DNA of 62,433 bases, filler included. It is 3 parts of 3 records of this genome, joined end to end, with 100 filler letters (N's around TTAATTAATTAA, not from the genome) between each part and the next. Parts side by side here need not be neighbours in the genome. Positions count along the whole stretch, not along the records: positions 24,782 to 43,269 come from SRR20825006_1306; positions 43,370 to 62,433 come from SRR20825006_1310; 1 more part is not named here. The stretch is one strand, 5' to 3'. This document shows positions 38,071 through 46,491 of the stretch, one piece after another. Each line of letters begins with the position of its first letter. The stretch's first letter is position 1. The position numbers and the translations under genes are program-made. Below the pieces are notes generated by a model. It was not told the origin of the DNA and did not search any database. It saw nothing but the letters and a program-made list of their open reading frames with translations.

Positions 38071-38135
38071 GGTGTGTCCTAATGTCGTAACGTCGCGCGT
38101 GTGACGGACGCTCTGCCTCGGCCGGGGCAAGAGCT

Positions 38136-38149
38136 TTGATTTGCATCAA
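38136..38149. promoter_or_regulatory. FNR/FnrL binding box upstream of ompW
   Basis: Perfect TTGAT-TTGC-ATCAA. Confidence 0.85.
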
Positions 38150-38258
38150 ATAGACGGGGGCTGCGTCAATCTGTCGGAGGAGGGGGCGTGTGTGGCGCAA
38201 CAAGTCACTCTTGCGAAGCGCGCCTTGCCTTGGGCGCGATTCCACGTCAGGAAAGGCC

Positions 38259-38708
38259 ATGACTTTTCGTTCTTATATGGATGATGCGTTCATCGAGGCG
38301 GCTTTGGCCGAGGCCCGCGGCGAGGTGCCTGTGGGTGCGGTCGTGGTGTCGCCGCAGGGCGAGATCGTCGGGCGCGGTGGCAACCAAACCCGCGCTGACA
38401 ATGATCCGACGGCCCATGCCGAGATCGTTGCCATCCGCGCCGCCTGCGCCAAGCTGGGCCAAGAGCGTCTTCCGGGCTATGATCTTTATGTGACGTTGGA
38501 ACCTTGCCCAATGTGCGCGGCAGCGATGTCAAACGCGCGGATTGCACGGTTGTATTACGGCGCAGAAGACCCGAAATCCGGCGGTGTCGCCCATGGCGCG
38601 CGGGTGTTTTCGCACGCCCAATGCCACCACGCCCCCGAGGTCTATGACGGCATCGCGGCCGATCGGGCCGAAGCCATGCTCAAGGCGTTTTTTGCCTCCC
38701 GGCGTTAA
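38259..38708 (+). CDS. tadA: tRNA-specific adenosine deaminase TadA
   Basis: GEVPVGAV, DPTAHAE, TLEPCPMC. Confidence 0.88.
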   Translation: MTFRSYMDDAFIEAALAEARGEVPVGAVVVSPQGEIVGRGGNQTRADNDPTAHAEIVAIRAACAKLGQERLPGYDLYVTLEPCPMCAAAMSNARIARLYYGAEDPKSGGVAHGARVFSHAQCHHAPEVYDGIAADRAEAMLKAFFASRR

Positions 38709-38947
38709 ACCGCGCCCGCCCCATCTCAAAAAATCTGTGTCTGGCGTAGGAGCACCGGTTGGGTGCCGTAATAAGGGTATCGACGTTCTCAAAGGAGAGA
38801 CAGATGCGACCCTATTATCTCTTGGCCTGCTGAATGCAAAAGAATTGGCACGCGTCGCTGATTTTATGGCCAAGGCCCAAGGTTTGGTCAGAAGACGGAA
38901 CCGACAGTCGCATTCTTCTCATTTTTAACACTCAAAAGGAAATCACC

Positions 38948-39253
38948 ATGAAGCCTTTCACCTATGCCCTCGCTTTGATGCTGCCTTTGACCTTGGCTGC
39001 CCCCGGATTTGCCCAAAATGTCACCGTGACCACCGGAAAGGGCGGTACCATGACCAAGGATCGCAGCTGTATGGTGGACGGGCAAATGGTCATTTGCGAC
39101 ACCATGACCACAGGGACCACCGCAGGGGGGCAAACTGTCTCACGCAACCGTCAGCGCACGGTGGAACAGGGCGGTTCGACCACCACAGTGACCGGGACCG
39201 GACCGAATGGCGAAAGCAACACGCGCACCCGCACGCTTTTGATCACGCGCTAA
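38948..39253 (+). CDS. Small secreted Thr/Gly-rich protein
   Basis: SD AAGGA, signal peptide ending GFA-Q, beta-strand-like repeats, one Cys pair. Confidence 0.75.
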   Translation: MKPFTYALALMLPLTLAAPGFAQNVTVTTGKGGTMTKDRSCMVDGQMVICDTMTTGTTAGGQTVSRNRQRTVEQGGSTTTVTGTGPNGESNTRTRTLLITR

Positions 39254-39340
39254 GGCCTTGTCTCAGCCCGCCCGCGTGGGGTGGGGCGCTAAACTGTGAA
39301 CAGAGAGCCGGATAAGCGGTGTGTATATGATGACGTTCGC

Positions 39341-39955
39341 GTGACCCAGAAGACCGGCCCCCAACAAGCTGGACCCGTTTCAAAGGGCCCCGAAGACCAA
39401 GCCCAACTGCGGGCAGATGCAAAGGCGGCCATGGCCGCAATGGCCCGGGGCGAACGCGCGGGGTTGGCCCGGTTGATTGCGCTCTATGGTCCGGGCATCC
39501 GTCGCTATGCCGCACAAATGTTGAGCGTCAGTTCAGAGGCCGAAGATGTGGCACAGGAGGTGTTTTTGCGGGCGTGGACACGGGCGCACAGCTATGATCC
39601 CGACAAGGGGGCCGTGTCATCCTGGTTGTATCGCATCACGGTCAACCTGTGCATTGACCACAACCGACGCCGCGGGTTTCGCCGCTTTGTCGGTCTGGAC
39701 GCGGCACCGGAGTTTGAAGATGAGACGCCCGGCGTCGAGGCGCAATTGGACGGGCGGCAAAGGCTGGCTCTGGCCCATGCCGCGATCAAGGCGTTGCCCG
39801 CGCGGCAACGTCAGGCGATTTTGCTCAAGGTGGCTGGTGCATTGAGCACCGTGGAAATTGCCGAAGCGCTGGGCACCAGTGCGGGGGCAACCGAGCAATT
39901 GCTCGTACGCGCGCGTGCGACATTACGGGCGCACATGGATTTGGAGGATGGATGA
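39341..39955 (+). CDS. ECF sigma factor
   Basis: AEDVAQEVFLRAW, WLYRITVNLCID, LPARQRQA...EIAEALG; start uncertain (39296-39431). Confidence 0.9.
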   Translation: MTQKTGPQQAGPVSKGPEDQAQLRADAKAAMAAMARGERAGLARLIALYGPGIRRYAAQMLSVSSEAEDVAQEVFLRAWTRAHSYDPDKGAVSSWLYRITVNLCIDHNRRRGFRRFVGLDAAPEFEDETPGVEAQLDGRQRLALAHAAIKALPARQRQAILLKVAGALSTVEIAEALGTSAGATEQLLVRARATLRAHMDLEDG

Positions 39956-40287
39956 TGACGGATCGACAGACGGCGAAACAGGACGGGAGTGACATGTCAG
40001 ACGGGGAGTTTGATCGCCAGTTGGGCGCGCTTCTCTCCACCCCCGGCGATGCAGACACCGCCATTCTATCGCGCGCGGTTCTCAGTCAAGTGGGCAAAGA
40101 CAGCACCTCAGCCTCTGCGCCTTTGGGGGCGGTCCTGTCCGAACCCTTGCCTTGGGGCGCCGGGTTCCTCGGGCTTTTGCTCATCGGCGGTGTGTTTGGC
40201 TATTTGGGCTCAACTTGGATTGCGGGTGACGGGCTTTTGAGCTGGCTGACGCTGGGCGATCCCTTGGCCTTGATCGGAGGATTTTGA
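39952..40287 (+). CDS. Putative membrane anti-sigma factor
   Basis: Coupled to the sigma gene (ATGA); single TM WGAGFLGLLLIGGVFGYL. Confidence 0.65.
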   Translation: MMTDRQTAKQDGSDMSDGEFDRQLGALLSTPGDADTAILSRAVLSQVGKDSTSASAPLGAVLSEPLPWGAGFLGLLLIGGVFGYLGSTWIAGDGLLSWLTLGDPLALIGGF

Positions 40288-40700
40288 TGTCACAGGCTGT
40301 GTTGCAAAAACGACGGATCGCTTGGGGGCGGGTGAGTTTGATCGCGATCTTGTGCATTTCGCTTTTGGGCAATGCCGTGGTCATCGGAGCCGTGCTGCGG
40401 GCGCATCAACTCAGAGTGGCGGTGTTGGGCGATATGGATATGCGCACGGCCTCCTATCCGCCCGACATTCGCAAAGCCTTGCGCCAAGACATCATGGCGC
40501 ACAGCGACACGCTTGGCCCCGCGCTTCAGGCCGCGATGGCCGCCCGCGCAGAGGTGATTGCCACCAGCACCGCAGAGCCGTTTGATCGCGCGGCGACAGA
40601 GGCTGCGATGGCGGCGTTTCGGGTCAAATTGGACGTGGTACTCGATCTCACCCAGGGCGTGGTGCTTGGGGTGATGGAAGAGCGCGCCTCTGAGGGTTGA
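40284..40700 (+). CDS. Periplasmic heavy-metal-sensor-like (CnrX/ZraP/CpxP-like) protein
   Basis: TM ending SLLGN, helical domain with AEPFDRAA; third gene of the ECF module. Confidence 0.7.
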   Translation: MMSQAVLQKRRIAWGRVSLIAILCISLLGNAVVIGAVLRAHQLRVAVLGDMDMRTASYPPDIRKALRQDIMAHSDTLGPALQAAMAARAEVIATSTAEPFDRAATEAAMAAFRVKLDVVLDLTQGVVLGVMEERASEG

Positions 40701-40848
40701 GGTGCGCCCTCTTGTCTTTGGCGCGGGGATCGGGTAGGCAGGGCACGCGGGGGTTTGGCCCCTGCGCCATCCCAAATCCTTGAAATCACGCCCGTTTTCG
40801 GGGCCATCCGCATGGGTTGGCCCTTGCGGGTCTCTGCGCGAGTGCCTG

Positions 40849-41097
40849 ATGATCGAAACCACCCTGTTGCGCCATGAACGGCATCTGAAAAACCTTGCCC
40901 TGCTGCTGGGCGTCGCCTCGACGATTGCCATCGTGCAAAACTGGTATCCGCTGAACCTGTTTCTGTCGTTGCCGTTTTGCCTTATTTGGCTGGCGATGGG
41001 ATGGTTGCATTCCGAGCGGCAGTTGAAATGGATCAACATCCTGTTTGCCGCATTTTACGTTTACGGCATTGGGCGTTATCTGGTGCTCGGGGCGTAG
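40849..41097 (+). CDS. Small three-TM hypothetical membrane protein
   Basis: Hydrophobic 82-aa ORF with WYPLNLF and WINILFAAFYVYG. Confidence 0.7.
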   Translation: MIETTLLRHERHLKNLALLLGVASTIAIVQNWYPLNLFLSLPFCLIWLAMGWLHSERQLKWINILFAAFYVYGIGRYLVLGA

Positions 41098-41103
41098 CCG
41101 CCA

Positions 41104-41823
41104 TTAAATCTCGATGGCGACAAGCACCTCTGGGACTTGGACCACGCCCTCGTCCAGAGCGTAGACCAGCGGATCACAACTCTGCGCCAAAAGCGGGAAT
41201 GTGCCCCAGTGGCACGGGATCACCGTTTTGAAATCAAAGAATTTTTGACAGGCATAGGCGGCGCGGGTCATGTCCATCGTGTAATGGCCCCCAGCGCAGA
41301 GAATGCCGATGTCGGGCTGATGCAGATCGGCAAACCACGCCATATCGGCCATGAGATCGGTGTCGCCAGAGACATAGATCGTGTGGCCTTCGCCCGAGAT
41401 CATAAAGCCCGCCGGGTCGCCCGCATATCGCGGTGCGCCGTCTTTGAAATCAATTGAGGAAGAATGCACCGCGTTCACCATCGTGACCCGCACCGCCGCG
41501 TCGCCTTCGCCCAAGGTGCCTTCACCCAAGGTGATCGTGCCGCCCTTGCCAAAGCCCGTGACCTGCGCGCCTTCGGCTCCCAGAATGAGCGACAGTTCAT
41601 GGATGCAATAGATCATCGCATCCGTGTCGCGTGCCACGGGCAGGGTGGTCGAGGCGTGATCGCCATGGCCGTGGGTGAGAAAGATCGCCGTGGCCCCTGT
41701 GGTGGCCTCCGCCGCGCGCTCCTCTGGGAAGGAGGGATTGCCCGCAAGCCACGGATCAATGAGCAAAACCTGATCCGCGATTTCGATGCGAAAACCGGAA
41801 TGTCCAAGCCAAGTGATTTTCAT
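41104..41823 (-). CDS. Metallo-beta-lactamase-fold hydrolase (UPF0173)
   Basis: ITWLGHS, THGHGDH, AVHSS, GDTD, IPCHWGTF. Confidence 0.92.
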   Translation of the reverse strand: MKITWLGHSGFRIEIADQVLLIDPWLAGNPSFPEERAAEATTGATAIFLTHGHGDHASTTLPVARDTDAMIYCIHELSLILGAEGAQVTGFGKGGTITLGEGTLGEGDAAVRVTMVNAVHSSSIDFKDGAPRYAGDPAGFMISGEGHTIYVSGDTDLMADMAWFADLHQPDIGILCAGGHYTMDMTRAAYACQKFFDFKTVIPCHWGTFPLLAQSCDPLVYALDEGVVQVPEVLVAIEI

Positions 41824-41890
41824 GCGCCCTCTCCTATATAGTCCTCAAACGTAGCTCAGAAAAAGCTAGCACAGGAGCGGGAAAAATCAC

Positions 41891-42532
41891 ATGTGGACAG
41901 AGCAATTCGATGGCTATTGTGAGCGGGTGGATTTCACATTTTGGTCAGAGCCCGTCAATGTGCTGACCAATTTGGCCTTTGTGCTGGCGGCGCTTTACGT
42001 CTGGCCACGCACCCGTGATGTGCCCTTGGCGCGGGCGATGACGGTGGTCCTGATGTTGATCGGGGTTGGTTCTTTTGCCTTTCACACCACCGCGACACGC
42101 TGGGGGGCACTGGCCGACACCGCACCGATCCTGGGTTTTATTCTGCTGTATATTTTCGCGGCCACGCGGGATTTCTTTGGGCTAGAGCGGTGGAAAAGCG
42201 TGCTCGTGACCCTGCTGTTTTTCCCTTTTGCCGCTGCCACTATGCCACTGTTTGCCAAGCTCGGGCTTGGATCGTCCTCGGCCTATGCGCCCGTGCCGAT
42301 GTTGATCTTCATCTACGCTTATCTTCTAAAGGACAAAGCCCGCAAAACCGCGCGCGGCTTGGCGGTGGGGGCGGGGCTGTTGTGCCTCTCCATCGGCTTT
42401 CGCATGTTGGATGGTCCGATCTGCGCCCTCTGGCCGATGGGCACGCATTTCCTCTGGCATCTGCTCAATGCCGTGGTTCTGGCGCATATGATCGCGGTCT
42501 ACGCCAACCATATAGGGGTGAAGGAGGCTTGA
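41891..42532 (+). CDS. Ceramidase-domain (CREST) membrane protein
   Basis: YCER...WSEPVNVLTN, GSFAFH, GTHFLWH. Confidence 0.88.
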   Translation: MWTEQFDGYCERVDFTFWSEPVNVLTNLAFVLAALYVWPRTRDVPLARAMTVVLMLIGVGSFAFHTTATRWGALADTAPILGFILLYIFAATRDFFGLERWKSVLVTLLFFPFAAATMPLFAKLGLGSSSAYAPVPMLIFIYAYLLKDKARKTARGLAVGAGLLCLSIGFRMLDGPICALWPMGTHFLWHLLNAVVLAHMIAVYANHIGVKEA

Positions 42533-42600
42533 AGGCCGCGCGCCTGCGCGATAAAGCCATGTCAAAAGCCCTGTGCCAACAGAATAGACGGAGCCCAACC

Positions 42601-42888
42601 ATGTCCATTGACATCGACACCGCACGCCGGGTCGCCAAACTCGCCCGTATCCGGGTCGAGGAAGACGCACTTCCCGCACTGGCCGAAGAGTTCAACGCTG
42701 TGCTTGGCTTTATCGAGCAACTCTCCGAAGTGGATGTCGAGGGCGTCGAGCCGATGACCTCGGTCACGCCGCAGCGCCTCAAGCGCCGGGTCGATGAGGT
42801 CACCGATGGCAATATGCAGGCGAGCATCCTGAAAAACGCGCCCGATGCGCGCGAAGGCTTTTTTGCGGTTCCGAAGGTGGTGGAATAA
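42601..42888 (+). CDS. gatC: Asp/Glu-tRNA amidotransferase subunit C
   Basis: VAKLARI...VEPMTS...[17 protein letters not shown]. Confidence 0.95.
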   Translation: MSIDIDTARRVAKLARIRVEEDALPALAEEFNAVLGFIEQLSEVDVEGVEPMTSVTPQRLKRRVDEVTDGNMQASILKNAPDAREGFFAVPKVVE

Positions 42889-43269
42889 TGTCTGATCTCA
42901 ATAAACTCACCCTGTCCGAGGCCCGTGACGGTCTGCGCAAAGGCGATTTCACCTCGGTTGAGGTGACCGAAACCTGTTTGTCCGCGATTGCCGCCTCCGG
43001 CGCGCTCAACGCCTTTGTGCACAACACGCCCGAAATCGCGATGGAACAGGCCAAAGCGGCCGATGCCCGGATCGCGTCCGGCGAGGCCCCTGCGATGTGT
43101 GGCCTGCCGATCGGGATCAAAGACCTCTTTGCCACCAAAGGCGTCGACACCCAAGCCGGGTCGCGCATCCTGGAAGGCTTCAAACCCGAATATGCGAGCA
43201 CCATCACCACCAAGCTGTTCGACGCGGGTGCGGTGATGTTGGGCAAGCTCAACATGGACGAATTCGCCA
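42888..43269 (+). CDS. gatA: Asp/Glu-tRNA amidotransferase subunit A (truncated by contig end)
   Basis: [19 protein letters not shown]; follows gatC. Confidence 0.95.
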
Positions 43270-43369
43270 NNNNNNNNNNNNNNNNNNNNNNNNNNNNNNN
43301 NNNNNNNNNNNNNTTAATTAATTAANNNNNNNNNNNNNNNNNNNNNNNNNNNNNNNNNNNNNNNNNNNN
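43270..43369. other. Artificial contig linker
   Basis: N-run, TTAATTAATTAA at 43314-43325, N-run. Confidence 0.97.
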
Positions 43370-43410
43370 TCTCGGGCCCTTCCGCTTTTGGCCTGTGCCT
43401 CCAGGGAGGT

Positions 43411-46245
43411 TCACACCTCGATCAGGCGCACGTCCGGGTCGAGCAGGTATCCGCCGCTGTTGTTGATGATGAGTTCTTTCAACCCCTCGCGACGCAGGGT
43501 GTTGATGGTGACGTAGAGCCTGTTTTGTGCGGCATCCGGCATGATCGACTCGTCGGGCCACACCTCCTCGAACAGCGCGTGAGGATCGATCGCTTCGCCA
43601 GGGTGCGAGAGGCGATGGTCCACCAGGGTTTGCAGCAGCCTGAAGGGAGTCTCGCGGCGCGCCATATCGATCCAGGACATCTCGCCGGGCGCGCGAAACG
43701 CGCGCGAGCGCGTGTCGAGCAGGAGCGCCTCCGCGGTCGGATCTTCGAGCCCCAGCGTGAACCTGCGTTGGATATCCTCTGGCAAGTTCTTCTCGAGGAG
43801 CATCCAGCCAAGGCGCGTCTCACTGCAACGCTCGAGCGGGATGTCGGAGAGTCCGTCGTCGTGGTACATCAGCTTCGAGAGCCTCGTCAGGATCTCCTCG
43901 AGCAACTGCTTGGTCTTGCGGACCTTGTTCGCCTTCTTCGCCTTGAGGTAGGCGGGCAGGTGAACGTGGCAGTAGTAAAGGTCGATGAGGGTCGGGAGGA
44001 AGGCGTCGTTCTCCAACCCTTCGATGACCTTCTCTGCTTGTTCGAGTTTGGCGAGCGCGTCTTTTTGCTTGCCATCGAGCGCCAGAAAGCGCGCGTGCGA
44101 GACGAGGTAGCTGACGCGTGAGGTCGCCGAGTGGAGGCTGTCAAAGAGCGCGTATCCTTTCGCGAAGGTCTCGCGCGCCTTCTCCTCTCGGCCATCGAGC
44201 TCGAGCGCGACAGAGCAATAGAGCCTGCAAGCCGCGACCAGTGGGAGGATGCCGTTTGCCTCGAGGTGGAAGATGGCGCGCTCGTAAGCCACGATCGCGG
44301 TCTTGAACTCGCGTTGACTCACGCGCAACTGCCCGAGCAAAAACAACCCGGTCCCCTGGAGCCATCGGAGCGCGTGTCGGTTGGCCAGCTCGAGCAGGCG
44401 CACGAGGATCTCATCCGCCTTCTCGTGCTCGCGCTCGTCCACAAAATACCACGCCATCATGCGCATCGTGTGCCCGAGCGAGATGATGTCACCGACCTCC
44501 TCGAAGACCTCGAGCGCGCCTCGGAACATCTCCTCGGCGCGCTCGTGTTTTAGCGCCATTCTCATCGCGTAGCCGACATACATGCGCACGCGGCCGAGCT
44601 GGCGTCTGGCAGTGGTCGTGCCCTCGAGCTCCTCGAGCAGCTCCTCGAAGCGCGCCGTGGAGTGACCCCACTCGCGCGCCTCGGCGTATGTATCCGCGTA
44701 GGACATCAGGAGCTCGATGCGCTCGCGCTCCGCGCCCAGTTCGATCGCCAGCGGGACCGCCTCCTCGATGATCCCGCGCGCGTGCTCGTGCGTCGAGATG
44801 CGGAAGTTGCTCGCGATGCCTGTCATCGTGGAGAGCTTCCAGATGGGGGCCTCGGCGAGCGCTAATGCGCGCTCGAGGAACTTCATCCCATCTCTGGGGT
44901 TCCAGCGCTGTGACGCGCACGTCGCCCGCGCCAACCAGTAACAGGCTTGCAGATCGGCGGGGAGCGTCTCGCTCGCGGCCTCGATATGAGGCAGCATCCG
45001 CTCGTGGAGCTTGTTCATCGAGAACGCGTCCATACGCACGAGGTGCACGAGGTGGAGCCCGAGGCCTGCTTCCAACACTGCCTTTGTATCGGCGGACGGA
45101 TCTGCGAACAGGTGCTCGAAGGCGCTCGAGAAGTTCGCGTACTCTCTCGCGATGCTCGGCCCGAGCTCGTGCCATTGATAACCGCGCGTCTCCTGGAAGA
45201 GTTGCCAGCCGCGTTCGGCGAAGACGCTCGCGTGGTTGTCGTGGATCTGTTTCTCGAGCGCCGGATTTTCTCTGGTCTTGTCGAGCGCGAACAGGCGCAC
45301 GCTCTCGAGCATCTTGCCACGAAAGCGCTCTCCTTCATCCTCCACCAAGAGGAGGTTGTACTCCCGGAGACGCTCGAGCAGCCCGAGGCCATCCTCGAGC
45401 CCGGTGCGCGCGAGCAACTCCTCGGCTTCATCGAACCCGAAGCCATCCTGGAACCTCGCGCACGCCATGACCGCGCGCTGTTCTTGCTCGTCGAGCAACC
45501 CCCAGGACCACTCGAGCGCGGCGTTGAGGGCGCCGAGCGTGCTGTCACGCGAGCGGCGCGAGCGGATGCGTTCGAGGAGTTTCCCCGGCTTGAACATCGA
45601 GAGCCGGCTCGCGAGCAGTGAGATCGAGAGCGGCAACCCCTCGACGAGCACGCCGAGTTCGAGCAGCGCTTCGTGAGTCGCGGGGTCTTCGTCGTGAGGG
45701 AGGGCGATGTGCGCGGGCTTGTGCGCCTCGAACAACGCGATGACCGATTCCGCTTGTTTGGCAGGGTCGAAGGGCGTCAGCGCGATGATTTTCGCGCGCT
45801 CCGATGTGGGCACGTGGCGCGAGGCGACGACCAGGCGAGTCTTCGTGTCTTCGAGCTTTGCCGCGAGCGCTTCGATCAGGCCGAGCAGGTGCTCCGCGTT
45901 ATCGAGGACCATCAGGTGTCGCTCGCGCGAAGCGCTCGCGCTCGCGATCAGCTCGAGCATCGCCTCTTCGTCGGGATCTGGCTGATTCGGCGATGGAGGG
46001 ATCTCGAGCAGGACCAATAGCGCCGAGAGCGCCGCGCGCTCTTCGGTGTATGATGTCAGGTCGAGCCTGGCCATCTCGCCATCCTCGACGCGCTCGTCGA
46101 TGGCGGCGCGCAGGAGCGTCGACTTGCCCACGCCCGGCGAGCCTGTGATCGCGATAAAGGCCGAGTCGTCAGCGAGCCAGGACAGGAGTTGGTCGAGCTC
46201 TTCAGCGCGACCGATCAGAGGCATGGAGGTGGTGTCGTGTGCCAT
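43411..46245 (-). CDS. STAND-type ATPase with TPR repeats and C-terminal winged-helix domain
   Basis: LIGRAEEL, GSPGVGKS, VLDNAEH, EGLPLSI, ALEWSWGLL, TPR helices, LFEEVWPDE...NRLYVTINTLRR...GYLL. Confidence 0.85.
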   Translation of the reverse strand: MAHDTTSMPLIGRAEELDQLLSWLADDSAFIAITGSPGVGKSTLLRAAIDERVEDGEMARLDLTSYTEERAALSALLVLLEIPPSPNQPDPDEEAMLELIASASASRERHLMVLDNAEHLLGLIEALAAKLEDTKTRLVVASRHVPTSERAKIIALTPFDPAKQAESVIALFEAHKPAHIALPHDEDPATHEALLELGVLVEGLPLSISLLASRLSMFKPGKLLERIRSRRSRDSTLGALNAALEWSWGLLDEQEQRAVMACARFQDGFGFDEAEELLARTGLEDGLGLLERLREYNLLLVEDEGERFRGKMLESVRLFALDKTRENPALEKQIHDNHASVFAERGWQLFQETRGYQWHELGPSIAREYANFSSAFEHLFADPSADTKAVLEAGLGLHLVHLVRMDAFSMNKLHERMLPHIEAASETLPADLQACYWLARATCASQRWNPRDGMKFLERALALAEAPIWKLSTMTGIASNFRISTHEHARGIIEEAVPLAIELGAERERIELLMSYADTYAEAREWGHSTARFEELLEELEGTTTARRQLGRVRMYVGYAMRMALKHERAEEMFRGALEVFEEVGDIISLGHTMRMMAWYFVDEREHEKADEILVRLLELANRHALRWLQGTGLFLLGQLRVSQREFKTAIVAYERAIFHLEANGILPLVAACRLYCSVALELDGREEKARETFAKGYALFDSLHSATSRVSYLVSHARFLALDGKQKDALAKLEQAEKVIEGLENDAFLPTLIDLYYCHVHLPAYLKAKKANKVRKTKQLLEEILTRLSKLMYHDDGLSDIPLERCSETRLGWMLLEKNLPEDIQRRFTLGLEDPTAEALLLDTRSRAFRAPGEMSWIDMARRETPFRLLQTLVDHRLSHPGEAIDPHALFEEVWPDESIMPDAAQNRLYVTINTLRREGLKELIINNSGGYLLDPDVRLIEV

Positions 46246-46491
46246 GGGTCTCTTTCGATAAGGTTCTCGATACAGGTCGAGCTTAACCATCCAGATGCAA
46301 GATCTCTCTTATAACCCATCCTGCCCATGTGTTGGTAGCTCCGTGACCATGAACCGAGCATATCAGACGAATAGCGCCACCGCTTCGGTGACTCGGGGGA
46401 CAAAAATTGGAGATGCTCTGGTCCTGCGGTATGCTGCTCTGAGAGTCAAGCCCTCGAAAGATCCATGGATGGATAGGATAACCAAAGCAAT

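Noticed and set aside
38071-38130. TTG-initiated N-terminal extension of OmpW
   Set aside because: No SD, abuts the FNR box and probably lies upstream of the transcription start
40701-40848. Riboswitch in the GC-rich intergenic region
   Set aside because: Only short hairpins; no conserved riboswitch core recognised
46418-46436. Sigma-54 promoter upstream of the Zn-ribbon kinase gene
   Set aside because: GG-to-GC spacing is 11, not the required 10
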